From Anaeramoeba ignava BMAN (taxonomy: Eukaryota; Protista; Anaeramoebae), in NCBI GenBank assembly GCA_028826165.1, contig JAPDFW010000071.1, positions 62,001 to 126,000 of the forward strand: DNA of 64,000 nt, in the 5' to 3' direction. The notes under the pieces are model-generated. The model saw only the letters and a list, made by a program, of their open reading frames with translations, was not told the origin of the DNA and made no database searches. Shown piece by piece: positions 51,101-64,000 of this stretch (positions are counted from its first letter, which is position 1; the number at the start of each line of letters is the position of its first letter). The translations under genes and the position numbers were made by a program.

Positions 51101-53676
51101 ATAAACCTTATAAAATTTCAGGTTCGCCGACTTCAATAACATTAGGATGGTTTATTCCCAATGATCAAGGAGGAGATGAAGTTAAAGCTTATCAAATTCA
51201 ATACAAATTAAGTACTGACCAATACTTTTTTGATGTAGTTAACATAATGAATACATCATTAACTTGCACTATTGGAGGACTTGAAGCTGAGACATCGTAT
51301 GATTTTGAAATCAAAGCATATAATGATGCTGGATGGTCTTATTATTGGAGTGCTATTGCAACAATTTCAACTGATGATTCAACTGTTCCAGATAAAGTAT
51401 CAATTCCATCACTAATTAGTTCAACATCAACATCATTAGGAATTGAATGGGGGAAACCAGGAGATGGAGGAAGTGATATTACTTCTTATAATTTGTATTA
51501 CAAATTAACAAGTGAAATGTTTTGGAATGAAATCTCAATTGATTTAGGAGGGAATCCATCACCTTCAACAAACGATTATGTTCTTAATGATATCTATTCA
51601 GGAAATTACAGTATCAAGATCTCAGCAACAAATCAAAATGGCGAAGGAGCAACAAGTGATGTTGTTGTTTTTGAAACTTTGCAACCAACTCCACCTTCTC
51701 CAATCTCCAATCTTTTGTTTATCAATTCAACATCAACTTCCATTTATATGAGTTGGAATGAACCAACTTCAAATGGAGGCAGAGAAATCTCGAATTTCTT
51801 AATCCAATATAATGGATTGAGTTCTAATGGATCAAATGGAAACATTTCAACAAACGAATTTGTATTAGAATACAATTTAACAAATTTACTTTCAGATTCC
51901 TATAATATTACAGTTTATGCAGTTAATTCTATTGGAGAATCAGAAGGAGTTTTAGTTCAGATGACTACATTATCACCAGATATTCCAGATATAATTACAG
52001 GATTAACCCAAATTTCAGCAACATCAACTTCAATTACAGTTAAATGGGATAAACCAAATGATAATGGAAGAAGAATATTAAACTATATTTTTTCCTTTAC
52101 TCCATATTCAACAAATGTTACACAATTTATCCAAATTGAACCACCAACAAGTGGATATCAATATCAATTTAGCTCACTTTTATCAGGAACATTTGATATT
52201 GCAATTTCAGCAATCAATGAAATGGGACAATCAAATTATTCAGAAGTATTAATTGCATCAACTTCACAACCAACAACACCAAATCAGATGGAACAAGTTG
52301 AAGCAACAACATTAAGCTCAACATCAATCAAAGTAAATTGGAAAAAACCAAACAATGGAGGATTAAATATCACTTCTTATATCCTTTCGTACAGATTTTC
52401 CAATTTAAGTATTGAAAACTCAACACAAATCCAAATTAGTTCAACAGAAAATGAATATAATATCACTAAATTAATATCAGGAGAATATTCCATTGCAATG
52501 AAAGCAGTTAATCCAAAAGGAGAATGCAATGAATGGAGTGAAGATAAAAACATTTCAACATTTGAAGCTGAAGTACCACATAAAGTTGAAGAATTAATTC
52601 CAATCGAAATTAGAAGAACTTATTTAATTTTAAGCTGGAATGAACCTAATAACGGAGGAAGATATATTGAAGGATATAATGTTGTTTGCACTGAAGTCAA
52701 CAATCCAACAAATTCAATTCAAATTCAAGTTGATACAAATCAAGGATCATTTTATAATTTAACAACACAAACAGATTATACAATAACAATAACACCATTT
52801 AATTCAATTGGATTTGGAAACTCATCAAATTTTTCAATAAGCACACAAACATTTGCACCTTCAAAAGTTGAAGGAGTATTTTTGAAAAATCTTGAACCTT
52901 ATTCAGCAGTTGTTGGATGGCAAAATTTGGATGATCCAGATATTACAACTTACACAGTTCTTCTTGATACAGGATTTAATGGAACCAATTTTGTCTCAGA
53001 TCTGTTTTCATTTGATAATTTAATTCCATTTACAAATTATTCAGTTAAAGTTCGAGCAGAAATTAATGAATATCTTGGAGAATGGAGCCAATCATTTAAA
53101 TTTGAAACCAATAAAACAGTTCCAGAAATAATTGATCAATTATACAACACACAAAAATCTTATAATTCATTAAGTATTGGATGGAATAAACCAAGAATTA
53201 ATGGAGAATCAATAATTCAATATGAATTAAGAGCAATCAAAAATGAAAATGAAAATGAAACAAGTGAGACATTCACAACAAGTAATGGAGGAGTTCTTGC
53301 AAATTTAACTTCAGAAACAAACTATTCTGTTGAAGTTAGATCAAGTAATGAAATTGGATATTCAAGTTGGAGTAGTAAATTTTATTTCAAAACAGATGCA
53401 GAACAAGGCCCAACATCTAAAGCAGGATTATATTCAGGACTTGGAGCAAGTGTTGGTGCATTGGCTGTTGTTGGAGGAGTTGCATTTTATTGGTATAAAA
53501 AAAGAAAAGTAGTCAAAGTAACTCCATCAGTTACTGTTTATTCGGTTAATGATCTTGATGAAGATGAAAATGATATGAAAGAACAAGGAGATATTGATGA
53601 TATTGTTATGGAAACTGTTAAAACTGAGAAAGATTTATATTTACAAAGTATTGAAGAAAACACTTCCAAAATGTGA
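48147..53676 (+). CDS. Type I transmembrane protein: signal peptide, beta-helix-like (GGAI) domain, EGF/Cys-rich segment, ~12 FN3 domains, TM helix, acidic tail
   Basis: Exons 48147-48612, 49131-49913 and 50153-53676 (phase-1 GT-AG). Motifs CATI..GL, PGHY, GGAI, CYNGGNC...CVC, CTAGTYS, repeated W..P..GG..I..Y / A.N..G, and TM GLGASVGALAVVGGVAFYWY followed by KKRK. Confidence 0.88.
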
Positions 53677-53807
53677 TTAATCAAAACAACATTTTCAAAC
53701 TCAATTTTCTTTTTCAATTTTTCTTTTTCTTTGATTCAAATCCAAAAAATAAAAGAAAAAATCAAAATTGGAATTTATTTTTTTAATTTTGATTTTATTA
53801 ATTAAAA

Positions 53808-55535
53808 TCATTCAAATTCATTCCCAAAAATACTAATCCGATACAAACAAGTATAATCTCCTCCATAATTATCAATAAATTCAAACAATAAAAATTGAAA
53901 TTTTTCATTTTCATTATTAATTTGGAAAACTTGTAAAACTTGTAATTTTTCAATATCATAATAAAATTCACCCAATAATTTAAATGAGAAATCATCATTT
54001 TTATGAATTCCATAAACACGAAAATTTTTGGGAGCTGAATGAATACTTGGAATAACATTTTTTGGAATATGATAAAGACCAACTGAAGTAACTTTGATTG
54101 GTTGATTTAGCTTAATTGTAATATTTCCTTTTTTTCCTTCAAAAGGCCAACAATCCCCAATATCAAGACTTCTTTGTATTACTAATTCTGGGAATTTGTG
54201 AATATTTTTACTTGAAAATTTTGAGACAATTTTTTGGAAAATTTTGCCGAAAATATTCTTCTTTTCAATTGAAGTTTTTGTAAATGTTTTTGATGTAAAT
54301 CCTTTTTCATAAACAATTCTTCCTCCGTTACTTTCAAGAGCAAAATCAATATTTTGGGAAAATTTTGGTTGTGAAATAATTTCTTGAATTTTCTCTTGAA
54401 TTTCATCTTGAATTAAAATTTTTTCTTTTTGTTCCAAATCTTTTATACTTTGAATTATATTTTCAATTGAATTTGTTTTCAAATATTCTTGAGTTTTTTC
54501 ATCAATAAAAGAGTTCATTGTTTGTTGATTTTTGTTTTGGATTTCTGTTATTTGTGATTGAAATTCTTGTGAATTGATGATTGATCTAAAAAAAAAAGGA
54601 AAAATTTCTTTTAATTTATTGATTAAAGTTTTTTTTTTTTTTGTTGATAAATTACAATAATTCTTCTTCATTTTTTGTCAAAAATTCTCTGAAAATTTTT
54701 TGATAAAACGCAAGATTATTTTTTGGAATTTGATCCATTTCATTTTCCATTTGTTTGATTTTTTGAGTGAGAAAATCAATCTTCTTATTAAATTCTATTT
54801 GGAATTCGTTATTTTTAGTTTCAATTTCGTTTTTCAATTTTGATAGTTTTTGTTCCAAATTTTGGAAATCAAAATCAAAATTGGTAATTTTTGATAAATC
54901 TTGAAATTGGAGATCTAAATTTTGAAGAGATTGATTTGAATGAGAAATAAAACTGATTAAATTTTGAGTGTGAAGATTTTGTTCTTGATTTTTTGAAATG
55001 AAAAGATTAATTTTTTGAGAAATTTTTTCATCTTTTAAAAGATTATCTAAAAAATGGGATAATTCTTGTTGATTTAATGAAAATTGAGTATCAAATTTTT
55101 TTTGAATAAAAGGATTTAATAAAACGATTAATTTTTTAATTTGAGTTAAAGTAAGAGAATCTTTGAAGTTTTTAATAAGATAATGAAATAAATTTTCATC
55201 TAATTGAATTAAATCTAAAAATTAAATTAAATTAAATCCAAAATTCAATTCAATTCAATTCAAAATTAAATATTATTTAATTTACTTTCTTCTTCATCTC
55301 CTTTTTCATATTTTATTAAGAGAATTATTGTTGAAATTATTAAAAAAAATGTAAAAATTGAAGTAATTTTAATTTTGTTTTTTTGTAATTGATTTTGAAT
55401 AAAAAAATTTATTGTTGAAATAAAATAAAGTAACGAAAATAAAGAAAAATAAATAAACCAACAAAATTCTGCAATTTTAATAATAAAGAATTGAAATTTT
55501 TTAAAGAAATTAAATTGAGAAGAGTTTTTATTCAT
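53808..55535 (-). CDS. SUN-domain nuclear envelope protein
   Basis: N-terminal TM segments, coiled coil, and C-terminal SUN motifs DFALESNGGRI, CWPFEG, SAPKNFRVYG, NYGGDYTCLYRISIFG; three exons. Confidence 0.88.
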
Positions 55536-55595
55536 TTTTTAAAAAAAGAAAAAAAATGAAAAAAATGAAAAATGAAAATTTTTTTTGGAATATTT

Positions 55596-56795
55596 TTAAT
55601 CTTGTTTTTTTTCTTGGAAATCAATTGGCTTTGTTGTTTGGATTTCATGAGAACAATAGGGACATTTTCCATAAATAGTTCCAAATTCATCAGAAGATTG
55701 AAATTTTAAATACAAATACAAACAGGAATTATGAAAAGGTCGAGCACACTGAATATTTGAACAGAAAATATCAGGGCTTTTCCCATCGTTTTGATATCCA
55801 AAACATATTCCACATTCGGGTCCAAAGTCGTTTAAGGATGAACTTGTTTTTTTTGGGAATTCAATCTTTAGAATTTCTTCCAAGTTTTTTCGAACTAGAT
55901 TTTTTGGATCCCATTTATTTATATCTTTTTTTAGAAGTTCTTTCAATGGAAGAATAATAGGATCTGATCCAAAAAACTTAATTGAAGGAACAGATCTTGG
56001 GAATTTAATGTTAAAAACTATTTGAATTGAACAATGTTTCCCAAAAAGAATTTTTCTTGATGGTTCTAAAAGTGTGGGATTTTCTGGTTCAATAACACAA
56101 GTATTAGAATCGAAGTCATCGAGATTATCCCATAAATCTTGGTATTTATCAAATTCTCTTGTTATTTTATTTATCACTTTTTGAAATGAACCTTTATAAT
56201 TTTGATTTTTTGTGATTTTTTCATTTCGCGTATTTTGTTGGTTTTCCTCCTCCATCTCTTCATCATTTTCAAAAGAAACCGGGAAAGGTGCTTCAATAAT
56301 TGGCTTTGCAAAGGGGAATTCTGGAGGTATTTGTGCAAATATTGGGATTGTTCTGTTTTTTGAATCCTTTAAATTAATTTGAATTTTTGACAAGTTTTCA
56401 TCAATCAATTGAATTTTTTCCCATCCAATTTCATTAATTTCATCAAATAAAAACTGGAAATAAATTGGGTTTTTTGGTTGAAAAGATGTATTGATTTCAT
56501 TTCTTAAAACAGGTTCAATTTTTTGCTGGATAATTTGAGAAAATTCAAGTAAAAATGAATTTAAGTTTTCACTTTCTTTCAATCTTTTAGAAATTATTTC
56601 TTTTGAATCAATAAGAAGATTTTCTAATTCTTTATTACATTGAATTTTTGCAGTTGATATTTTTTGAGGATTTTTCATTGAAATTCTAAAATTAAAAGAT
56701 TTGTTATAAATTTGAATAAAACCAGAAAATTTTGTTAAAGTTTGATCTTCAGGAATTAATAAAGGAAAAAGTTTTAAATTTGAAAAATTATTCAT
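55596..56795 (-). CDS. FANCL: FANCL E3 ubiquitin ligase
   Basis: Intronless. EIGWEKI, DFDSNTCVIEPENP, PRSVPSIKFFGSD, W......RKNLEEIL, and C-terminal RING CGICF...C...C.RPFH..CL...GKCPYC. Confidence 0.9.
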   Translation of the reverse strand: MNNFSNLKLFPLLIPEDQTLTKFSGFIQIYNKSFNFRISMKNPQKISTAKIQCNKELENLLIDSKEIISKRLKESENLNSFLLEFSQIIQQKIEPVLRNEINTSFQPKNPIYFQFLFDEINEIGWEKIQLIDENLSKIQINLKDSKNRTIPIFAQIPPEFPFAKPIIEAPFPVSFENDEEMEEENQQNTRNEKITKNQNYKGSFQKVINKITREFDKYQDLWDNLDDFDSNTCVIEPENPTLLEPSRKILFGKHCSIQIVFNIKFPRSVPSIKFFGSDPIILPLKELLKKDINKWDPKNLVRKNLEEILKIEFPKKTSSSLNDFGPECGICFGYQNDGKSPDIFCSNIQCARPFHNSCLYLYLKFQSSDEFGTIYGKCPYCSHEIQTTKPIDFQEKKQD

Positions 56796-56869
56796 TTTTT
56801 TAAAAAAAAGAGTAAAAAAAAAAATGAAAAAAAAAAGTGGAACAAAAACAGAGAGAAAAAAAAAATAAT

Positions 56870-59800
56870 TCATTTATATTTTGGACGAATTCCAAGTTCA
56901 GCAAGTTTTTTAATTTGTTCTTTAATTTTATTTTCCCAATCTTTTTTTTGTTCTTCATTGTCACAATAAATAGTGTAACCTTTTTTACTTCCTGAAGGAA
57001 AAATTTGGAAAGCGAATTCTAGAAAAACAAATATAAAAATTTGAATTAATTTGAATAAAAATTTGAATAAAAATTTGAATTAATTTGAATAAAAATTTGA
57101 ATAAAAATTTGAATTGAATTTGATTTGAATATTGATTTAATTTAATTTAATTTAATTTAATTTGATTTGAATATTGATTTAATTTAATTTAATTTAATTT
57201 AATTTGATTTGATTTGATTTGATTTGAATTTAATTTGATTTAATTTAATTTGATTTGATTTGAATTGAATTTGAATATTGATTTGATTTGATTTGATTTG
57301 ATTTGATTTAATTTTATTTAATTTGAATATTAATTTGATTTAATTTGATTTAATTTAATTTAATTTAATTTAATTTAATTTTAATTTAATTTGATTTGAT
57401 TTAATTTGATTTAATTTGATTTAATTTGATTTAATTTAATTTAATTTGATTTGATTTAATTTAATTTGAATTGAATATTGAATATTGAATATTGATTTGA
57501 TTTAATTTAATTTGATTTAATTTAATTTAATTTGATTTGATTTAATTTGATTTGATTTGATTTAATTTGATTTAATTTGATTTAATTTAATTTAATTTAA
57601 TTTAATTTGATTTAATTTGATTTGAATATTGATTTAATTTGATTTGATTTGAATTGATTTGATTATTGATTTGAATATTGATTTGAATATTGATTTGATT
57701 TGATTTAATTTAAATTGATTTAATTTGATTTAATTTGATTTAATTTGATTTAATTTGATTTGATTTGAATATTGATTTGATTTAATTTAATTGAATTTGA
57801 TTTGATTTAATTTGATTTAATTTGATTTAATTTGATTTAATTTGATTTAATTTGATTTAATTTGATTTGAATTTGATTTGATTTGATTTAATTTGAATTG
57901 AATATTGAATATTGAATATTGATTTGATTTAATTTAAATATTGATTTGATTTAATTTGATTTAATTTAATTTGATTTGATTTGATTTGATTTAATTTAAT
58001 TTGATTTGATTTAATTTGATTTAATATGATTTAATTGAATTTGATTTAATTTGATTTAATTTGATTTAATTTAATTTGATTTAATTTGATTTAATTTAAT
58101 TTGATTTGATTTAATTTGATTTGAATTGAATTTGAATATTGATTTAATTTAAATTAATTTAATTTAATTTAATTTGATTTAATTTGATTTAATTTGATTT
58201 AATTGAATTTAATTTGATTTGATTTGATTTGATTTGAATATTGATTTGAATATTGATTTAATTTGATTTAATTTAATTTAATTTAATTTAATTTGATTTG
58301 ATTTAATTTAATTTGATTTAATTTAATTTGATTTAATTTGATTTAATTTGATTTAATTTAATTTAATTTAATTTAATTTGATTTGATTTAATTTAATTTG
58401 ATTTAATTTAATTTGATTTAATTTGATTTGAATTGAATTTGAATATTGATTTGATTTGATTTAATTTGATTTAATTTAATTTGATTTAATTTGATTTAAT
58501 TGAATTTGAATATTGATTTGATTTAATTTGAATATTGATTTGATTTGAATATTAATTTAATTTGATTTGATTTGATTTAATTTAATTTAAATATTGATTT
58601 GAATATTAATTTAATTTAAATAAAAATTTGAATTAATTTGAATAAAAATTTGAATTGAATTTGATTTGAATATTGATTTAATTTGAATATTGATTTGATT
58701 TAATTTAATTTGAATTGATTTAAATTGATTTGATTTAATTTTATTTAATTTAATTTAATTTGATTTGATTTAATTTAATTTAAATATTGATTTAATTTAA
58801 TTTAATTTGAATTTGATTTAATTTGATTTAATTTGATTTGAATTTGAATATTGATTTAATTTAATTTAATTTAATTTGATTTAATTTAATTTGATTTGAT
58901 TTAATTTGAATATTGATTTGATTTAATTTAATTTAAATATTGATTTGAATTTGATTTAATTTAATTTGAATTGAATTTGATTTAATTTAATTTGATTTGA
59001 TTTGATTTAATTTAATTTAATTTGATTTGAATTGATTTAAATTGAATTGATTTGATTATTGATTTGAATATTGATTTGAATATTGATTTGATTTAATTTA
59101 ATTTGAATTTGATTTAATTTAATTTAATTTGATTTAATTTGATTTAATTTGATTTGAAGATATTTTACCTTCAGATGAAATTTCTCTCACAAAAGCTTCA
59201 GCAAGATATAAATGCCCTTTATATTGATACTTCTTTTTTTTTGAAGTCCAAGACAATTTCCCATAAACAATAACATCACTAAATAACCAAAATTGCCTTT
59301 CTTGAATTCTACGAACAGATTTCTTTTTCAAAGTAGCTTCTTGAATAAATTGTCTTGTTGGTTGAACAAGCTCAAATGATTTTGGAATACCTGCAAGTCT
59401 TGTCAAAATTTCAACAACAACCATTGATTGCTCTGCAGAACGTTGTCGTTCATTAACATATTCAGCAACATTATAAAGAGCTTGATACGCCTTAAACAGG
59501 TCTTGATAGTCAGGATAACTTGAATGAGTTCCTTTTAATAATTCTTTGAATAATAATGGATATTTGCATATTCTTTGTATTGGTTTGATGAGGAAATCCA
59601 GAATTCCTAATCCACCACATTCCTTTACATTCTCCTTTTGATGCTGAATGAAATTCTCAAAGTTTTCTTTCTTGCTGTATTTCGCAACAATGCTCATTGA
59701 TTGGGAGTGATTTGAGCAATATTGAGTGTATATTTTTAAGAAATCTACATATTTTTGAAATATTTTGCCAACATTCAATTCAGAAACCTTTTCGGGATCT

Positions 59801-62800
59801 TTTGGAAACTCTTGTTTTAATTCCTTCAAAATATTTGAATTCACACCAAAAATTGTTTCTATTGAAGAAAACATGATTGAAATATCGTTTTTGGGAACGA
59901 TCCCATTTTTCTTCAAAGGATTAAGATAAAATTCAATAATTATATTTAAATCCATCACATATTTTTCTTCTGTTTGAACGAGTTCGTGAATAACATTTGA
60001 TCTGACTGTCATATTTGTGGTTTTTCCTTGTAAATCTTCTGATTGCAATATTGTTTTGGGTTGTTGCGCTGGGTTGTTATTTATTAGCAATTCCTTTCTT
60101 TTCTTGATAATTTCCTCTGTTGTTTGTGCTGTTTTGTTTGTTTCCTCAACTCCAATACCAAGTTTTGATGTGATTTTGTTCCAAAATTCCGTTTTAATTT
60201 TCTCAGATTCAAAACAGCAAATAAATCTTTCTGGATTATCTTCAACAAGAAATTCAACCGCATTTTGGATTTGTCCCTTTTTGTCATCAAGCAAATTGCG
60301 GATTTTTGATTTGGAATAAAATATGCAAATATCATATGATAATTGGTGACTTTTTCCTTTTTGTTTTGTCAATAAAACCATGTCACTAAACATAAAATAT
60401 TGTCCTTGATAATTTTTAGTTCTTGAAACTCTTTTAAAATTTCCTTGATTTTCTAGCAATCGTGTTGCTTCGAAAAGATATATCGATGAATTGCCTAATT
60501 GCTTTTGGATATGTAATAATTGGGTTCTTTTCTGGAATATTAAAAAAGTGGAATTTGTTTCATCAATAATTTTGTTGATCAAATCAAATGTTTTGGATAA
60601 TTTTGATTGAATTGAATTATTTGATTCATTAAAAGATGAAATTTGTTTTAAATTTTCTGTGATTTCACGAATATGGAAAAAGGGAATGATTAAAATTTGA
60701 AAGAAGTCTTGACCTCCGCAATCATGTGTGCATTTAATTAAAGTTGAACGAAATGATTCATTGTGTCTTTCAAATTCAGTAATGGCATTATTAACAATTA
60801 TGATTTGCTTATTCCATTGACGATAGATATCCTGATTTATTAATACAAAGCAATCAAGTATTGTTTCTGGTTTTGTTTGTTTTTGAATATTTAATGTTTG
60901 ATTTAATTTTTCTGAGAATTGTTTTGATTGAGTAATAAAACGGTTTGCAAGAGCAAATATTTTTTCCAATTCTTCTTTTTTTTCGAGAATCGATAATAAA
61001 TGGACTTTCCAAAACTTGAGTCAAAAAAAAAATAGAAGAAAACAAATTAAAAATTCAATATTAAAAATTAAATATTTCAATATTTCAATATTTTTTACAT
61101 TAATAAGTTCTTCAAATTTTTTCTCATATTTCTTTTCATTTTCTAAAATCAATATAAATGTTATTTGAGTTTTGTTTTCATCTTGGTTAATATCCATATT
61201 AAGATTAGGATTAAGATTAAGATTTTTTGTGGATTGAATATTTTGGTCATTTTGTGAATTTGATTTTTGTTCATATTTTTGATTTTGGAAAGAGGATATT
61301 TGTTTATTATCTTGAGTTATTGGATTTGATAATCTTGTTTGATTATTTTGTGATAAGTTTCTTGATGTGAATTTTTGTGGATTTTTTTGTGAAATATTTT
61401 GACTGTTAGATAAATAATTTTTTCTTTGGAGATTTGGGTTCATTGAAGAATAAGAGTTAGTATTTGTTTTGAATGTTTCTGAGTGTGATTTTGTCAGGTT
61501 ATTTTTATTGAATCGATTAAATTGATTATTTTTATTATTTTGATTATTTTGATTATTTTGATTATTTTGATTATTTTGATTATTTTGATTATTTTGATTA
61601 TTTTGATTATTTTGATTATTTTGATTATTTTGATTATTTTGATTATTTTGATTATTTTGATTATTTTTGTTATTTTGATTAAATCGGTTAAATTGATTTG
61701 TATTTCTTGGATTATTTTGGTTTTGATTATTTTGATTAAATCAGTTTAAATTGATTTGTTTTTTTGGATTATTTTTTTTGATTAAATTGATTTCCTTTTT
61801 GGTGTTTCATTAGAATTAATTTTGATAATTTAACTGATAAATCAGAATGTATTGAAGGATTTTTCATTTTGAAAATTGTTTCTTTTCTTGATTGAAATTT
61901 ACTTTTTTGAAAAATAGATTCATTTGAATTATTTTGATTCGATTTTGAAAAAGATTGTTGAGAATTTGATTTAATTGGTGATTTTGAAAAAGATTTTTGA
62001 GAATTTGATTTAAATATATTTTGACTTTGATTTTGATTTTGATTTTGATTTTGATTTTGATTTTGATTTTGACTTTGATTTTGATTTTGATTTTGATTTT
62101 GATTTTGATTTTGATTTTGATTTTGATTTTGATTTGAATTAATTGGTGATTTTGAAAAAGATTTTTGAGAATTTGATTTAATTGGTGATTTATTGAATCT
62201 ATTTTGATTCGAATTAATTGGTGATTTATTTGATTTTGAAAAAGATTGTTGAGAATTTGATTTAAATATATTTTGACTTTTATTTTGATTTTGATTTTGA
62301 TTTTGATTTTGATTTTGATTTGAATTAATTGGTGATTTTGAAAAAGATTGTTTGAGAATTTGATTTAATTGGTGATTTATTGGATCTATTTTGATTTGAA
62401 TTAATTGGTGATTTTGAAAAAGATTTTTGAGAATTTGATTTAATTGGTGAATTGAATCTATGATTTTGATTTTTGAAAAAAATTGATTTGATTTTGATTT
62501 GGATTTAATTGGTGACTTATTGAATCTGATATTGATTTTGATTTTGATTTTGATTTGGATTTTGATTTTGATTTTGGTTTTGGTTTTGATTTGGATTTGA
62601 ATTTGATTTAATTGGTGATTTTGATTTAAATATATTTTGATTTTGATTTTGATTTTGATTTTGATTTTGATTTTGATTTTGATTTGGTGATTTGTTCCAA
62701 TAATTTCTTTCTTGATAATTCCCAAAATTTTTCTTTGATGAATCTTGATTAAAATTATGAGAAAACGAAGGTTTATTAAATTGACTTGTAATTCGCTTTT

Positions 62801-63149
62801 TTAAATTATCACTTGTTGTTTTTGCATTTGTATCTCTATTAAGAACAACACGACCTTTTGAAACTGAGAATTTACGGTTTGGAGAAGAAGATTTATATTC
62901 TGGTTCTTTTCTTTGTTGAGGAAAATTATGAAGATTTTTTTCTTGAATTTGAAAATTTTTTTTATTAGAATTATTTGAATTTTTTAAATTATTTCCAAAT
63001 TGATTTTTTGGAGATTTTTTTTCAAATTGTTTTGAAGAAGAAAAATGATTGGAATTTTTTGAAAAATTTGGAGATTTTTTATGTGTTATTGATTTTGAAT
63101 AAGATTTTTTAAGTTTATTAATTCTTTCTTTTTTTTCCAAAAGATTCAT
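56870..63149 (-). CDS. RhoGEF with tandem DH-PH modules and long N/Q/S low-complexity N-terminus
   Basis: Second DH: VIHELVQTEEKYVMDL, YTQYCSNH, FLIKPIQRICKYPLLFKELLK. First DH is degenerate (LIIPFFHI). PH: FWLFSDVIVYGK. Last exon ~57018-56870 follows a ~2.1-kb intron; frameshifts occur in the N-terminal repeats. Confidence 0.85.
57040..59160. repeat. Pentamer microsatellite (ATTTG/ATTTA)n filling a RhoGEF intron
   Basis: Directly visible, ~2.1 kb. Confidence 0.9.
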
Positions 63150-63295
63150 TTTAAATTTTTTAATTTTAATTTTTATATTTTTTTTTGTAAATAAAAAATA
63201 AAAAAAGAAAAAGAAGAAAAATGAAAATTTTTTTTTCATTTTTTTTTTCTCATTTTTTAATTATTTTTTTAATTATTTTTTTAATTATTTTTAAA

Positions 63296-64000
63296 ATGAC
63301 AAAAATATATCAAAATTTTTCTCAACTCTCAAATGATTTAAATAAATTACTTAAAGAAGAACAAGAATATTCAGATTTTGAAATTATAGTGAATTCACCT
63401 GAAAATATTAAATCAATATTTAGATGTCATCGAGCAATATTATCATCAAGAACACAATATTTTCGCGGATTATTTCGCAGCAGAATGAAGGAATATCAAG
63501 AAGGAAAAGTAGAATTCGATAACATTTCACCTGAAATCATGTTGCAAATACTTCAGTTTATTTACAACGGAAAAATCGAAATCAATCAAGAAAATGCAAT
63601 TGAACTTCTTATTCATTCACAAAAATTATTACTATTTGATTTGGAGCTTTTTCACTATTTGGATCAATTTATCATGGACAACATTTCAGTCGAAAATGCG
63701 ATTGATATACTTAATATTTCTGTGCGCCACCACCGTACAGATCTATACCAGTTCTGCTTAGAATTTATAACAGAAAATTTTGATGAAATTCTTGATTGTG
63801 GATTTTTTTATCATCTCAAAATTACAGAATGGAACACTCTCTTGAAACGCCATGATCTCTGGGTTCAAAAGGAGATCAAGGTTTTTGAGTCTATTATTAA
63901 ATGGGCGCAATTCCACAACAATTTGACTTTTGATATCGATTGGCTTTCCGATCAAACAGACACTGAAAATGATGACAAAAAGGATGAAGTCGCAAGTAAA
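63296..64000 (+). CDS. BTB-BACK domain protein (3' end outside the window)
   Basis: Open from ATG 63296: YSDFEIIV...FRCHRAILSSRTQYFRGLF..MKE, ILQFIYNGKIEI, ENAIDIL, CLEFITENFDEI, EIKVFESIIKW. Confidence 0.9.
   Translation, partial: MTKIYQNFSQLSNDLNKLLKEEQEYSDFEIIVNSPENIKSIFRCHRAILSSRTQYFRGLFRSRMKEYQEGKVEFDNISPEIMLQILQFIYNGKIEINQENAIELLIHSQKLLLFDLELFHYLDQFIMDNISVENAIDILNISVRHHRTDLYQFCLEFITENFDEILDCGFFYHLKITEWNTLLKRHDLWVQKEIKVFESIIKWAQFHNNLTFDIDWLSDQTDTENDDKKDEVASK

Noticed and set aside
57040-59160. Telomeric or centromeric satellite
   Set aside because: The array lies inside a GT-AG intron splitting a PH domain, is degenerate, and genes continue on both sides.

Overview
Very AT-rich, intron-containing eukaryotic (protist) genomic DNA with the standard genetic code and about 22 tightly packed protein-coding genes. 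No rRNA, tRNA, CRISPR array or recognisable transposon was found. N/Q-rich microsatellite-coded tracts, tandem RCC1-BTB genes and a TCATTTT initiator-like motif suggest an anaerobic metamonad amoeba such as Anaeramoeba (inference only). Recognisable genes: THOC3/TEX1, an ATG16-like CC-WD40 protein, Chibby-like, RPL11, ZIP transporter, tRNA dimethylallyltransferase, IQGAP-type RasGAP, glutamate dehydrogenase with an organellar presequence, a multi-FN3 surface receptor, a SUN protein, FANCL, a tandem DH-PH RhoGEF and a BTB-BACK protein. Best leads: (1) a six-exon gene that fuses a kinesin motor to a myosin V/XI-like globular tail (DIL) domain; (2) two armadillo-repeat genes built as one phase-1 exon per repeat, one of them a recently amplified mosaic cassette array on a BTB adaptor with variation concentrated in a few columns; (3) a U12-type AT-AC intron, implying a minor spliceosome; (4) a tandem AAA ATPase resembling the bacterial Afp15/Pvc15-type family; (5) loop-variable mosaic RCC1-BTB paralogues. 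Several single-base frameshifts in homopolymers or microsatellites are probably consensus errors. All family assignments come from motif recognition by eye, not database searches.
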